Below the pieces are notes generated by a model. That model searched no databases and was not told the origin of the DNA. It saw only the letters and a program-made list of their open reading frames with translations. From Octopus vulgaris (Eukaryota): a DNA stretch of 64,000 bases. This document shows, in pieces, positions 1 to 12,086 of the stretch. A program made the position numbers and the translations under genes. The DNA lies in contig OX597822.1 of NCBI GenBank assembly GCA_951406725.2, positions 22,816,001 through 22,880,000 of the forward strand, given 5' to 3'. The first letter of the stretch is position 1, and each line of letters begins with the position of its first letter.

Positions 1-399
1 AATTACCACACATACTACAACAGCTATGATATGATTTGTGTTAACTTATTATGGAGAATGGCTGAAGACTTTTATGTTTACATCCCATTACTGGTGATGT
101 GCTGTACTCTCAATGAAAAAAAAGGTGTTTTTGCTACTTTTCTCACCTGACAGAAAAGTAGGTTACTACAAAAAATAATAAATAAAAATAATAAAAGAGG
201 AAGAACTTGACTAAATAAGCACTGAATTAACTGTAAATTAAGTTTTTTTATACATTAATTTCATAAACAAATGGTCAATGACAAAAAAAGAACAACAGAA
301 TGGTTTGCTTCTTTTTTTTTTGTAGTACCAAAATTTATAATGGATAAATATGCAATTATTTACACCAGCAATTTGTTTTTTGTTTTCTCATTTTCATTG

Positions 400-1940
400 C
401 AGTTACATTTATTGTTGTTGTTTTTTTAAGTCTGTGTATGCCACCAAACATAACACCGATAGGACATCTAAAAAAGGAAAACTGTACAATACCTTTTAAA
501 ACTGAAGGGTCTGAAAATAAATTCAGACAAATACAAATACTACAAAAAAAAAAAAAAGTTGCATATTTAACAATGGTAGGTACAAAGATCTTAAAAAAAA
601 AAAAACAACCAACATTTTTTTCTTCATTATTATATTTTTTCTCTTCTGTTCTGTCAAGTCCTTTTCAAAATACTACCACATGTTATGTTACAAAGTTCAT
701 AAATACCAATCCATACGCTCACTGTTTTTTTATTTATCACCTCAGCTTCACCAGTTTCAAGCTGGGTTTGGGATTTTTCGCCTCCACAAAATGCTATTTT
801 GATTGAATGATTATTGATAGATTCATTTTTGGTGATGGTTATTTTCAAGATGAGAGGAAAGGAGAGTCTTTATGGTGATGTTGAATTGTTGATATATGTT
901 CGTGTGTGTATATATATATATATATATATAACAAAAACATGCCATAAACTGTCTTTGTCTCTTCTCCAAATTTAATTTCTATCCTGATATGACTCAATAT
1001 TATGTTAGCTCAGTCAGTGACTTGTGAATGTTTAAAGCTGGTATAATGTAAGTGATCAAGAAAAATGATAAACATGAAGATGATGATGATGGTGGTGATG
1101 ACAAGGATGACTGACAATGGTAATGATACTGATGATCAGGATGTTAATTATACTATTTTCAACAGTATAGACATCTTATTTACAAATGTTGAGGAAAAAA
1201 GGTGACCAAACTTTTGACATTATAAAAATAAATAATTAAAAAAAGCAGCTATATGAATAAAACCAGTGCCCTAGCAGACATGTTATACACATTGTGTCTG
1301 AGTGATATTTAATGTAATTAATGTAAGGTAAGAATCGATAATAAATCTGTATTTAGATTTTGGTAGCATCATCAACTACAGCCAAGTCAGACGAAGGAGA
1401 CTGTTACCAGAACAGGAATTATCATTATTAAAAAAAAAAGGTAAATAACAGCTGCTCTCATACAGTTCAAAATTTCTCTTGATTCCTTTCATTCAATAAT
1501 TTTTCTTGTCTAAAATTTTTGTGATTGTATGAAGGATTCTAGGAATTTTGAGAGAATTGGAAATCATCTCAGATGATAACAATAGGTAGGAAAATAATTA
1601 AAAAAAGGACAAATTGCAACTGCTTAACTGTTTCATACATAATGCAAAGGTGGATCACATCATTTCCTATGAACCACCAAAGGGCAACATATAAGAAATT
1701 TCAAAGTAGTTTTACTTTTGTTTCAGGTAATGGTTTAGATTTTGGATAAACCTAACTAGAAAGGAAAATGGTATAAAAAAACAGAAGTGTTTCCTTATGC
1801 ACTGAATGTTCTGTTCTGAGAAATTCATAGCTAACAATATTGAGTCATAAACAAGATAGATATAAAGCATGAAAACTGAGTACTCAGTCCTTGATTGAGT
1901 CAAGAAAAACAGTCTACACAATTTATCTTTTTTTCTTTTT
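400..1940 (-). other. Probable RBM12 3' UTR, with a candidate AATAAA at 413..408
   Basis: AT-rich, TE-free sequence downstream of the stop codon, with (TA)n at ~909-930 and (GAT)n at ~1078-1100. The true polyadenylation site is uncertain. Confidence 0.45.
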
Positions 1941-4900
1941 TCATGCCTTACGCAATGTGACAACATTTTTTCTACACAGCTTATGATTTAAGTCCTCCAT
2001 AGCTTTTAAAGCCTCATCTCTCGTAAGAAATCCTATCATAGCATTACCAGTAGGTCTGCCATCATCAGCATAGTGGAGACGAATTGACTCAGGCACTGGG
2101 TAATAACCCCTAAAGAAGTTCAGAATTTCTCCAATAGACACTGAAGGAGGAAAATTTTCCCCCTTAACATACTCATACTGTTTACCACCATGAACCATAA
2201 AAGGAGGATTAGAAGTTTCTGTGTTGTTTTGCATATTAGCCTGTCTGGCTTGCTTCAAACAGTCCATCATTTCAGCTTTTGTAACTGCAGTAACGTTAAC
2301 ATAACGCTTTCCTACATACTTCTTGTCACGAGCAACAGCTTTTTCACAGTCTGTACTTGTTACAAATTCCACAAAAGCCTGCCCAGTTGTACGGCCATCT
2401 TTTCCATAAACAATTTGGATACCCCGAGGTGCAATATTTAAACCCTGACAAAATTCTTTAATTTCGTTAGTAGTTACTGCAAAAGGAAGTCCTTTTAGAC
2501 TGACACAATAATAAGGGACTGGGTGTGATGTGAGAGTTTCATTTTTTTTCCCATTACTGCTGGATAATGACTTTTTATCTTGAGCTTTAGCTTCAGATAT
2601 TTTAGAAGCTATGTTTTCCATTTTATCACCACTGCCAGTTTTGGAATCTGTTTTCCCAACAGCTTTTGAAACATCTTTCTGATTTTTGTTAGGGGAAGAT
2701 TTTTCTGATGACCCTTTTTTCTCTTTCTCTAGTAAAAGTGACATATCTTTCTTGTTCCCTTCAACAATACGAATAAGTCTTCCCCCCATGTGACGTCCAT
2801 CGTATGTGAGGGAGGTTTCATAGTCTTTCTGAGACATTACTTCAACAAATGCAATACCAGTGTTCTTACCACGGGAATCATGTTCGATTACAATACATGT
2901 GCTTGGGTTGGAAATATGAACATCTTTTAAGAATTTTACTATATCATCACTTGTTGCATTAAGAGGAATACCTTTGATTTGAATAATTGGGAAAGGAGAT
3001 GATGATGATGAAGACGATGTGTTATCAGCAGCGTTTGCACTTGTTTCTTTGTTAGATTTAACCAGAGGAGGAATATCATTGCTTGTATTTGGTTTCGTAC
3101 TAGACATATCCCTTGAAGGGTTTTCATTTAGATTATCACTTTTCATCATTTTAGCTTGGGTTGGCCCATGAGTTGCTTTCGGTACAAAGGAATCAATGGC
3201 ATTTTCAAAATCCTCCATTGAGCACCGGTATATTTCTATATATCGGTTTGCCATGAAATTTCCATGACGTGAGAATGCTTCTGCTGTGTCTTGCTCAGAA
3301 GCAAATTTGATAAATGCATTGCCAGCTCTCCGCCCCTTTTCATTATTGATAAGTTTCAAACCATCTCGAGGGATGGTACATCCAGAGAAGAATCTTCGAA
3401 CATCACGGTAGCCAACACTATAAGGTAGGCCAACTACTTCAACAAACAAATCAGGTTCACAGTGCCCACGTTTTATACCACGCATAGAATTATCATCCAT
3501 ATTACCAGGCCGTCTATTTCCAGAATCACCAGAACCAAAGTTCATTTCATTAGGAGGTCCATATTTTCTATCGTCCATAAGTGATCCTGGCATTCGACCA
3601 GGTGGACCTCCTCTCTCGTTTCTGTTTGGGCTGCCATACCTTCCATAGGGCTCGTTTCTTGGGAAAGGTGGTGGGCCATCATTTCTGTGGTATGGAGGCT
3701 GGTTTGGAGGCATATCATTCCAAGAACCAGGTTGAGAGTAGTGTGGGCCCATATTCATTTCTTCCTCATGCCATTCATTACGGAAATCATCAAGTCTTTC
3801 TCCGGGAATCCGATCATCTCTCATGGCATAGCCATCATCACCCCAGTTGACTTGACTGTCGTGTGGTGGGCCAGGTTGGCCAGGCAAAAACCCAGGAGGA
3901 GCATCACCTAAAAGACCTCTAGGTAATCCACTCATGTCAGGATCTTCATACATTTTATCTTTACCTTGAAACATATTAGGATCATCACCCATATTTGGTT
4001 CACCAAAGGGAGGACAATCAGGATGACCTAAAGGTCTGTCAGGAAATCTTTGCCCATCAAAGCCAGGCATGGAACCTGGAAATCCTTGATCTCTAGGTGG
4101 GGTTTGGCCATAATTATAATCTCCTCTTCTACCATCAGCTCCATAATCATTTTTGGATCTATTATTTCTGTTCATATTTCCACCCATATCCATACGTCCT
4201 TTTCTGTTGTTATTCATTTCTCCTGGACCAGTATTTTTGTATGTGTCTACAGGTAGACCAGACTGTCTGTTGGAGCCTCCTGAATCAGTTTTAGTTTGAT
4301 TATCCCGTCCACCTCGATCGAGATCTCGAGTACCAACTCCTCTATTTAAAGGAGCTTTGTCACTGCCCCGACCACCATCGTGCCTTGAGTCGTTTCTTGA
4401 AGTTTCATAGCGACCTCCAGAATCATGCTGGTTATCATAACGCCCACCATCGTACCTACTGTCATGTCTACCACCATCATAATGGCTATCATATCTTGAA
4501 TCTCTCCGATTTTCTCTTCTGTCATAGCGATTGCTATCATCTCTTCCCCGATCATGCCTGTCATATCGACCCCCATCGTCGCGGCTACGGTCATGTCGAC
4601 TATCATGGCGACCAGAATCATATCTGTTAAATTCATGTCTACCTGACTCTGACCTGGAATCATGGCGAGAGTCAGACTTTGAATCATGGCGACCAGAATC
4701 AGATCGATTTGAGTCATTTCTACTTGATTCATGACGGCTAGACTCTGTAGTTTTACTCCCTTCATTCCTGCTAGAATCTGATCTGTTTTGGTCAACTTTA
4801 GAGATGTCAGATCTCCCAGAGCTACTTGGCCGATTAGCTTCAGATCTATTCGCAGCCATTCTTCCAGTTTCAAGTCTTAGAGATTCTGTTCTTTCTTGAT

Positions 4901-6335
4901 CTGTCCTGACATGTTCAGTTCTGTTGACTTCAGGATGTGGGTTGTCAAATCTGGATTCATGTCTTCCACCATAACTTCTTCCTGAATCTGGTCTACCAGA
5001 ATCATGGCGCCCAACATCAAGTTTTGGAGGATCTCGACGCCCTGCATCACCTCTGTTTGGTTCTAGTCTTCCCATGTTGGCTTCAGGGTGCACAAGGTCA
5101 GAACGTCCTTGATCATGTCTCACCATATCAGGCCTTGAAGGTTCGTTTCTCATGTAGTTCATTGGGTGAGCCGGATCTGGATTAGTGTTAGTTGAGTCAT
5201 TTGTACGAGGCTGATTAAGCTGATTTAACATATCTCCTCTTGCCACTGGTGGGACTATATCAAGTCGTGGAGGACCATGTGGTCGAAACTCAGGTCTGTT
5301 TTGGTCTGGTCTGTTAATATTTGCAGGAGGCATATGATGAACTGGAATATTAGGCCTCATATTATTCTGATTGGTCTCAAATTCATTTTTACGTTCTGTA
5401 TGATAAGGAGGCAGCACTTCTGGCCCAGGAGGTTTACCCAGTGGCATTATATCAGGAGGCTGCAATGGAGGATTTGGGATCTGGATATTTCTGTTGGGTT
5501 GTGGGACAGGGTAATTGGGTAAATTTAAATGTGCATCTCTCACATTCATAAATCCTCCAGGAGGTGCATTTACATTTGCAGTTCCAAAGTGCCTTTGATC
5601 ATTTGCACCATGTTCCATTCTAGGATCTTGGTTTGGTGGAAAATTGGGCCGACGATTAACAGCAAAATCATTTGGGGCTTCTGGGGGGCGGAAATCCATT
5701 GGCGGCCTGTTAATGTTATTATCTGGCTCTTGTGATACAAAGTATGGATCTCGATTATTTGGATTCATCAGATTTGGTCCAAATTTAGGATCAGGAGGCA
5801 GTCCAGGCATTGGTGGTAATCCAGGGACAGTGTTTGTTGTTGGTGGTGGTATATTACTTCGAATATCTGTAGGGACTGAAGGAAAATTCCTATTGGGATA
5901 ATCCATGTTTCTTGGTGGAGGAACACTTCTATCTGGAATAAAATTTGTATGATTTTGTGGTCCTAATGAACGTATATGATCATTTAAGGGTCCAGGAGGA
6001 GGACCAGTTGGTGGTCCTGTTGATGGGGGTGCAGCAGGAGCAGGTTTGCTGAAAGCTTGGGTAGGCACAGCTTCTCTGGCTAAAGCAATCACACTCTGCA
6101 TTTCGGTTTTGCTACTGAGCAATAGCTGTACAGTGTTTCCATTGATTTGACCGTTTGTGCGTAACATAGCTTGCCGCGCATCTTCATCAGACCCAAATGC
6201 AATAAAAGCGTCACCTCTTTCTCCACCGACAATATGTACACCTCCATCAGGGATACTTAATCCTTGGAAATACTGCCGAATGTCCATGGCACTAGCAGAC
6301 CATGGAAGGCCTTGCAATCGAATGATTACAGACAT
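1941..6335 (-). CDS. RBM12: RBM12/RBM12B-like RNA-binding protein, 1464 aa, intronless CDS with five RRM/qRRM-type domains and a long Pro-rich and R-x-D/E low-complexity linker
   Basis: Uninterrupted 4.4-kb ORF. The N-terminus MSVIIRLQGLPWSASAMDIRQYFQGLSIPDGGVHIVGGERGDAFIAF..DEDARQAM matches RRM1 of the RBM12 family. Four more RRMs follow (LFVEVVGLPY ~3450, IIQIKGIPL ~2990, YCVSLKGLPF ~2510, YVKGENFPP..ILNFF..ESIRLHY..DGRPTGNAMIGF ~2175). RBM12 versus RBM12B orthology cannot be resolved by eye. Confidence 0.93.
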   Translation of the reverse strand: MSVIIRLQGLPWSASAMDIRQYFQGLSIPDGGVHIVGGERGDAFIAFGSDEDARQAMLRTNGQINGNTVQLLLSSKTEMQSVIALAREAVPTQAFSKPAPAAPPSTGPPTGPPPGPLNDHIRSLGPQNHTNFIPDRSVPPPRNMDYPNRNFPSVPTDIRSNIPPPTTNTVPGLPPMPGLPPDPKFGPNLMNPNNRDPYFVSQEPDNNINRPPMDFRPPEAPNDFAVNRRPNFPPNQDPRMEHGANDQRHFGTANVNAPPGGFMNVRDAHLNLPNYPVPQPNRNIQIPNPPLQPPDIMPLGKPPGPEVLPPYHTERKNEFETNQNNMRPNIPVHHMPPANINRPDQNRPEFRPHGPPRLDIVPPVARGDMLNQLNQPRTNDSTNTNPDPAHPMNYMRNEPSRPDMVRHDQGRSDLVHPEANMGRLEPNRGDAGRRDPPKLDVGRHDSGRPDSGRSYGGRHESRFDNPHPEVNRTEHVRTDQERTESLRLETGRMAANRSEANRPSSSGRSDISKVDQNRSDSSRNEGSKTTESSRHESSRNDSNRSDSGRHDSKSDSRHDSRSESGRHEFNRYDSGRHDSRHDRSRDDGGRYDRHDRGRDDSNRYDRRENRRDSRYDSHYDGGRHDSRYDGGRYDNQHDSGGRYETSRNDSRHDGGRGSDKAPLNRGVGTRDLDRGGRDNQTKTDSGGSNRQSGLPVDTYKNTGPGEMNNNRKGRMDMGGNMNRNNRSKNDYGADGRRGDYNYGQTPPRDQGFPGSMPGFDGQRFPDRPLGHPDCPPFGEPNMGDDPNMFQGKDKMYEDPDMSGLPRGLLGDAPPGFLPGQPGPPHDSQVNWGDDGYAMRDDRIPGERLDDFRNEWHEEEMNMGPHYSQPGSWNDMPPNQPPYHRNDGPPPFPRNEPYGRYGSPNRNERGGPPGRMPGSLMDDRKYGPPNEMNFGSGDSGNRRPGNMDDNSMRGIKRGHCEPDLFVEVVGLPYSVGYRDVRRFFSGCTIPRDGLKLINNEKGRRAGNAFIKFASEQDTAEAFSRHGNFMANRYIEIYRCSMEDFENAIDSFVPKATHGPTQAKMMKSDNLNENPSRDMSSTKPNTSNDIPPLVKSNKETSANAADNTSSSSSSSPFPIIQIKGIPLNATSDDIVKFLKDVHISNPSTCIVIEHDSRGKNTGIAFVEVMSQKDYETSLTYDGRHMGGRLIRIVEGNKKDMSLLLEKEKKGSSEKSSPNKNQKDVSKAVGKTDSKTGSGDKMENIASKISEAKAQDKKSLSSSNGKKNETLTSHPVPYYCVSLKGLPFAVTTNEIKEFCQGLNIAPRGIQIVYGKDGRTTGQAFVEFVTSTDCEKAVARDKKYVGKRYVNVTAVTKAEMMDCLKQARQANMQNNTETSNPPFMVHGGKQYEYVKGENFPPSVSIGEILNFFRGYYPVPESIRLHYADDGRPTGNAMIGFLTRDEALKAMEDLNHKLCRKNVVTLRKA

Positions 6336-6338
6336 TTT

Positions 6339-6365
6339 CTGAAAAAGAAAAAAAAAAGAAAAAAC
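6339..6365 (-). promoter_or_regulatory. 3' splice site (polypyrimidine tract plus CAG) immediately upstream of the RBM12 start codon
   Basis: The minus strand reads TTTTTTCTTTTTTTTTTCTTTTTCAG|AAA ATG TCT. The exon would begin at 6338. Confidence 0.88.
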
Positions 6366-6440
6366 TGTTATTTATTTGTAAAAAATTAATTTTACAAAGA
6401 ACATTGTTTTATTTTCTAATCAATCAATTCATCAAACATA

Positions 6441-6585
6441 CATGGCTGAATGCTGAGAAACTACCCTCCCAACCATGTGATCTTGGGTTCAGTCCCACTG
6501 CATGGCACTGTTGGCAAGTGTCTTACACAGTAGCTTTGGGTGAACCAAAGCCTTGCAAGTAGATGGAAACTGAAAGAAGCTTGTC
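6441..6585 (+). mobile_element. tRNA-derived SINE, family B, 5' fragment
   Basis: Matches other copies in this window (cccaacca..gggttcagtcccactg..ggcaagtgtctt..accaaagccttg..ggaaactgaaagaagc). Confidence 0.75.
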
Positions 6586-7682
6586 AGGTACTGAAGCATT
6601 GACGACAATTTGAAACCAACAAGATCTGGGAAAGGGAAAGACAGCCCAGAGTTGGAGACAATGGAGAAAAGTCATCAATGGCCTTTGTTCCCACCAAGAG
6701 TGAAGGGTTTAAGCTAAGCTATAGGAGTGTATTCATAATTGATTTTAGAATTCTCAGAGAATGTTACTTATCTGCTTATGGAACCAGGATGCAGAAGAAA
6801 CAAAAGGACAAAAAGGGAGTATATCTTATCAAAGTGTAAACTGCATTTTAAGACAGGATATTATGACAAATCTATAGCTGTTTTCCTTGCTGACATAATT
6901 AATTTTCTGCCTTATATCTACTTAAGGAGACAGCCTTGGCACTATTATGTCCAGTAAGAGGAGAAAAAATTCATGAAAAAGTAAATGCACTTATCGCTGT
7001 CTTAACACTAGAAATAATCAGCTTATGCAAAATGACAAATATTATTACATTATTGTAACATAATTACATCTGCAATACAAACCCGTGTTTCACTGTTGAT
7101 GGGGAAAAAAAAAACAAACATACAGAATTAGAGAAAGCATATAACATAAATAATAACTCATTCCAGAAATATGTAGGTGACAGCATGTTTAATGGTTAAA
7201 ATAATAAAAATCTATTGTATTCAGATTATCATCATCATGTGTACAAAAAAAAAAGAAAAAAAGATTAGTTGTTGGATATTATTGTTTCATCAAGGATTGC
7301 AAACTCTGGACATGTTTTACCTTGTTAAAACTCATCAGCCTTTTCATAGCTTATTCAAGTGTTAGTGAGTAAATTGCTAAGTAAATACACTAAATTGAAG
7401 TTGAAATTCATGTCATGAAAGAACCTACAGATATTGTGAATATGTCAGATGCTTAATGCACACAGACACACAAAAACCCCCACATGAACCTGATAAGTAT
7501 GAAAAACAGAAATACTAAATTTAGCACATTCCATTTAAATAAATTATTTTTTTTAAAAACCCTGTTCTAGTTATATTGCCCAATAAAGAATTTTAGGTAT
7601 ACCAACAAATATTTTTTATGCAATTTTTCAGTAGTATAGTTTCTGAGATGAGATAAATTATCTTTTCTTTTTTATATATATC

Positions 7683-8030
7683 CTTATTTGTTTCAGTCAT
7701 TTGCTGGAGCACTGCCTTTAGTCAAACAAATCAACACCAGAACTTATTCTTTGTAAGCCTAGTACTTAGTCTATCGGTCTTTTGCCAAACCACTAAGTTA
7801 TGGGGATGTAGACACACCAACATCAGTTGTCAAGTGATGGTGGGGGGACAAACACAGACACAAACATATAACGGGCTTCTTTCAGTTTCCATCTAGCAAA
7901 TCCAATCACAAGGCTTTGGTCGGTCCAGGGCTATAGACGAAGACACTTACCCAAGGTGCCATGCAGTAGGACTGAACCCAGAAATGTGGTTGGTAAGCAA
8001 GTTCTTAACACACAGCCACTCCTGCACCTA
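7683..8030 (-). mobile_element. tRNA-derived SINE, family B, near full length
   Basis: Reverse complement of the 21413-21794 copy, with a B-box-like GGTTCAGTCC head and a gactgaaacaa tail. Confidence 0.85.
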
Positions 8031-10681
8031 TAAATCCTTAAAAATGTTTTAGCCCGAAGGCCGCGGCCATGCTGGGGCACCACCTATGTATATAATTATA
8101 TTTTAAATATTTTGTTTTTCAGAACATTTGCTATTTAATCAGCATGACCATCAATGTAAAATCCATGAAGACTATTTTCTATGTTTGTGATGTTTTTACA
8201 GCAAAGACCCAATGATCAGCTATCATATGGAAATAGACCAGATATATTATACTTTGGTTGTTATATAGTTACCATATATTTTGTATATAACACACACACA
8301 TAAGCAACATGCCAGTTTAATCATTAAACTGCACATGGCTTTTAATATGGGAAAATTACATAAAACTACGTGAAGCTGAAATCAGTGAAACCAGATCCAG
8401 ATCAGTTAAATATGACATTTTCCTATACTACAAAAAAAAAAATTTTAGCCACAAAACCGAAAAATGTATATACTAAAACCTTTTTTCTATACATAACACA
8501 TGAAGTAACATGTAACTTCTTATTCTTTCCTTGTTCCCTTCCATTCTCTTCACTTTTCTTGTACATGTCAATTTTATCTTAAGACAATATAATTTCAGTT
8601 GAACTATGATCCGAAAGCATTTATTCTTTGAAAACTTATCTATATATTTTTATTTTTCATACATATAAACACAGTATATTATTATTCTTGACTTATGTTA
8701 AGTTACATTTGTCTTAATTACACCCACAAACACAAGCAGCAGGTACTACATCGAATCAGTTGTTTGTTGATTCACATTACATTATTGGTTGAACAACATC
8801 AATGATACGGAGAGAACAGAGATCATCATTATCATCACCACATACTGTTAGTTTTGTAATGTTAAGATAATTAATTTTTATATAAACAACAAACGCAACA
8901 CTGTCTATTGCCCAATCCTGCATTCAATACCTCCAGCACACCAACCAGTCCAACATCATAAAACAATGTTAATTCCAGTTCTCTCAAATGGTGAACTCGC
9001 TTCCATAGTTAATGAAAGTGTAATTGTTGGGGGTGCTGTAATGTCTACAGAACCTGTAGAGAAGTTGGAATCAAAGTTATTTACTTAAAAGTATTTGAAT
9101 ACTTAAAAGCCTTAAAGGGAAGGTAAAGTTTCATATTTCAAGGTAAATTCCTTGACCAAAAAGTGCAAGTTAGTTACTACCCTCAGCTAGAGAAATAATT
9201 TCGCAACAATCTTTACAGCAGATGGTCCATTCTGCTGCTGCAATGACAAAGAACTCTTTCATACAACTTGTCTCAAATTCCTGTAGTATCTGACTGGTAC
9301 AGCCTCACTGATTCATTGCAAAGAGGTCTGAAAACAGGTCTTTTGTGTAATAGCAAAGTAAAGCAACAGATCTCTGTTGTCCAATGAATACATCTAAAAA
9401 GAGACATGACCTACTACTTGGTACCATATACAATGGATTGAATAATGGAATCATCATTATTTAATGCGTTTTCCATACTGGCATGGGTTGAAATCTTTGG
9501 CAATGTCAAAGATATATACTGGTATGCATGCAAGATTTACCATTATCACTGTTTATAACTATGGCTCTCTATATTCAATGTGACTGGCCACTAAGGAATG
9601 AAAACAATCTAATTTATTTCTTTAGTTGATCCCAAGAATATATTTCTTCTACATATCACAAACTTTTTAAGGGAATTTCAAAGGAATGTGCATATCAATG
9701 AAGTTTTAAAAGTTACTGAATTTGAACAAACCCTTAATCTATACACTGGAATTAAAAGCTTTGACAGGCTTCTCAATGCTTATGCATTAAACTTTCTGGG
9801 GAATATTGTCTGAGGTAGAGTTGAGAACCTCCTAAGGCAGATTAGATGTCATTAACAATACACTTCCTACATTCTTCCCTAAATTTCTTTTGAGAAAAAT
9901 TCCATCAATATATTCATGTGATGGAAACACAATACTAGGAATTTGGGAATGACTGTTGTTGAAAGCATCATGGTAAATGCCCAGATCAAGTTTATATAAC
10001 AATACCAGAACTTTTTCATTAACCAGCTATAGCACTTCACTAAAATCTCAATTTCTGTATAAACTTACTTATTCCAAAGATTTTTGCCCTTTCAGCCACA
10101 ACAGAATGTTTGTTCGTGTTTAACAATCTAATATGAGGGTTGATTTCAGCCTATCAGAACATACCTACTGAAACTATATTACCATCATTATATGTAACTA
10201 GCAGAAAGACCACCCTCAGGGCAGTTTTCTGCAAGCCACTTCATATTTCCACATTTGATTCCCAGTTCTAATAATTTTTATATTTTACGTCTAATTATTT
10301 CTTTGTATAATAGTGCTCACTTGCTTAGTAAATATCACTTTCATTATTTTATCAGTCATAATCTCTCTTTTTTGAAGAGTCAATCTGTTATATATATTTA
10401 TCATTAATAATTGGTAGAACTTACATAGGTGTGCATAGATGGATGGATGGAGGGTTACGCACACACAAAGTCTGGTGCTGTGAGAACACATGGGAATGGT
10501 GTTTCCTTACTTTTTCAAATAAACCCAAATTTAAAATGATCTAATATAATGATATCATTCATTCGGCATGTGTTGAAATATGTCAAAACAATTAATTCCA
10601 CAAACATATGTTACTTTCCATATAATTTATGTGTTGATTCTATTTACTGAAACTTGCTAAAAAGCATGTTTTGCTTTAAAG

Positions 10682-11770
10682 TAGTATCTCTTTGTAGACA
10701 CAATTGTCAGTAATTAATCATACTGTTTCCATTTCTCTCAGTCAATGTTTTTACATTAGCCTTCTTTCAAACTCTAGATAATGCAACATACAGCTGACCA
10801 TGTGGGAAGAATTGTGTCGGAAGATATATTCCAATTTGTTCAAAAGTCTGTCCCTGTGCCTTGTTGCAAGTCAAGGCAAAAGCTGGCTTGACAGGAAATA
10901 GTTTGCATGTAAATGTGAATGGAAATTCCATTTCTTGAGATACGTGGTATTCTTGGGATTAGCAGAGTTGATCCTGTGTAAGGACCAAAAACAACCTCAT
11001 CATGTAAACTGATAATGATGTAGCATGTGCCATTGCAATGTTCGTTAGGAGCATTTAAATTTCTCAGAAGCATTATGCATAATTTTTTTCTTCATTTTGA
11101 GAATAGTGTAATTTTGTTGATGAACTCGATTAGGTACAGCTTTTCATTATCAACTGTATCTGAGCTTCTGTATATTTTTAGCTCACCAGGGATCCTGGTC
11201 AACATTAAATCATTCACAAATTGTGCTGCTTCCTTTGTTGGAGTAACAATGGTTCTATTTACAAGCCACAAGGGGTTTGTGAAGTTATTTTTGAGGTCAG
11301 CACAAACAAAATTACATAGATCTGAAAGAGTACCACTTTCAAAGCAAAGGTCATTGGGTAGTTTGATTTTGAATTCACCTAGGCTTCGTTCAATAGCGAA
11401 CTGGCAGAAACTTTAGCATGCCAGGCGAAATGCGAAGCCATATTTCGTCTGCTGTTACATTCTGAGTTCAAATTCCGCCAAGGTCGACTTTGCCTTTCAT
11501 CCTTTTGGAGTCAATAAACTAAGTACCAGTTATGCACCGGGGTTGATGTAATCGACTTAATCCCTTTGTCTGTCCTTGTTTGTCCCCTTGTGGACAATAA
11601 AGAAATAAGAGATGTTACCACTTCCTACATCAAGAAGATAATTAGCAAACTCTCTTTCATCAGAATGACCGTCTGTAAGTCTTAGATTTGTTGTCAACTC
11701 CACTACTTCCACATGATCGCAAAGAAAAGATCTCTTTAGTGTTGAATCAACAATTTGTGATCTGACACCA
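10682..11770 (-). pseudogene. Helitron RepHel C-terminal Pif1-like helicase relic, frameshifted and split by a SINE
   Basis: Translated pieces MLLRNLN..CNGT, LIPRI, KQFPVKPAFALTCNKAQGQT, FPHGQLYVALSRV, NCVYKEIL and LTTNLRL..EFANYLLDVGSG are Pif1/Helitron helicase motifs. Confidence 0.9.
11395..11608 (+). mobile_element. tRNA-derived SINE, family A (Meta-domain-like core), inserted into the Helitron helicase
   Basis: Core gagttcaaattccgccaaggtcgactttgcctttcatcc..taagtaccag is shared with the 17569, 35841 and 62200 copies. Removing it rejoins the helicase frame (GSGNIS/IERSLGEF). Confidence 0.85.
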
Positions 11771-12086
11771 TTATTTTGAAGTAGAATATTCTCCTCTTGA
11801 GATACCCTAACCAGTCAGTCATGTGTAGCAGAAACAGAATCCTGTCTACGTCTCCATGCATATTCAGACACCTGTTTCAGTCGCTTTGCCCTGGTTTCAT
11901 CTCATTCAGATGCCTGTCTTTCTCTCTACTGTTGTGCTTTTACTGTTAAATTTTCTTTTTCAGTTGCATAATATATATAAATGAAAGCTCGTTAAAAACT
12001 ATCTTGTTTAGTGTGCTAAAAATAGCAGTGATTACATAGTTATTATTGTAAAGCTTATAGCATTCCAAGTAGCCATACCAACAAAA

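Noticed and set aside
438-806. 122-aa plus-strand ORF
   Set aside because: The Lys and Phe runs come from poly-A/T tracts in the probable 3' UTR; it is not protein-like.
2190-6342. Many short ORFs antisense to or overlapping RBM12, including the 175-aa alternative-frame ORF 4873..4346
   Set aside because: They are by-products of codon bias and the repetitive R-x-D tract of the real CDS, with no domain-like content.
11027-11416. 129-aa plus-strand ORF
   Set aside because: It is the antisense shadow of the Helitron helicase relic.
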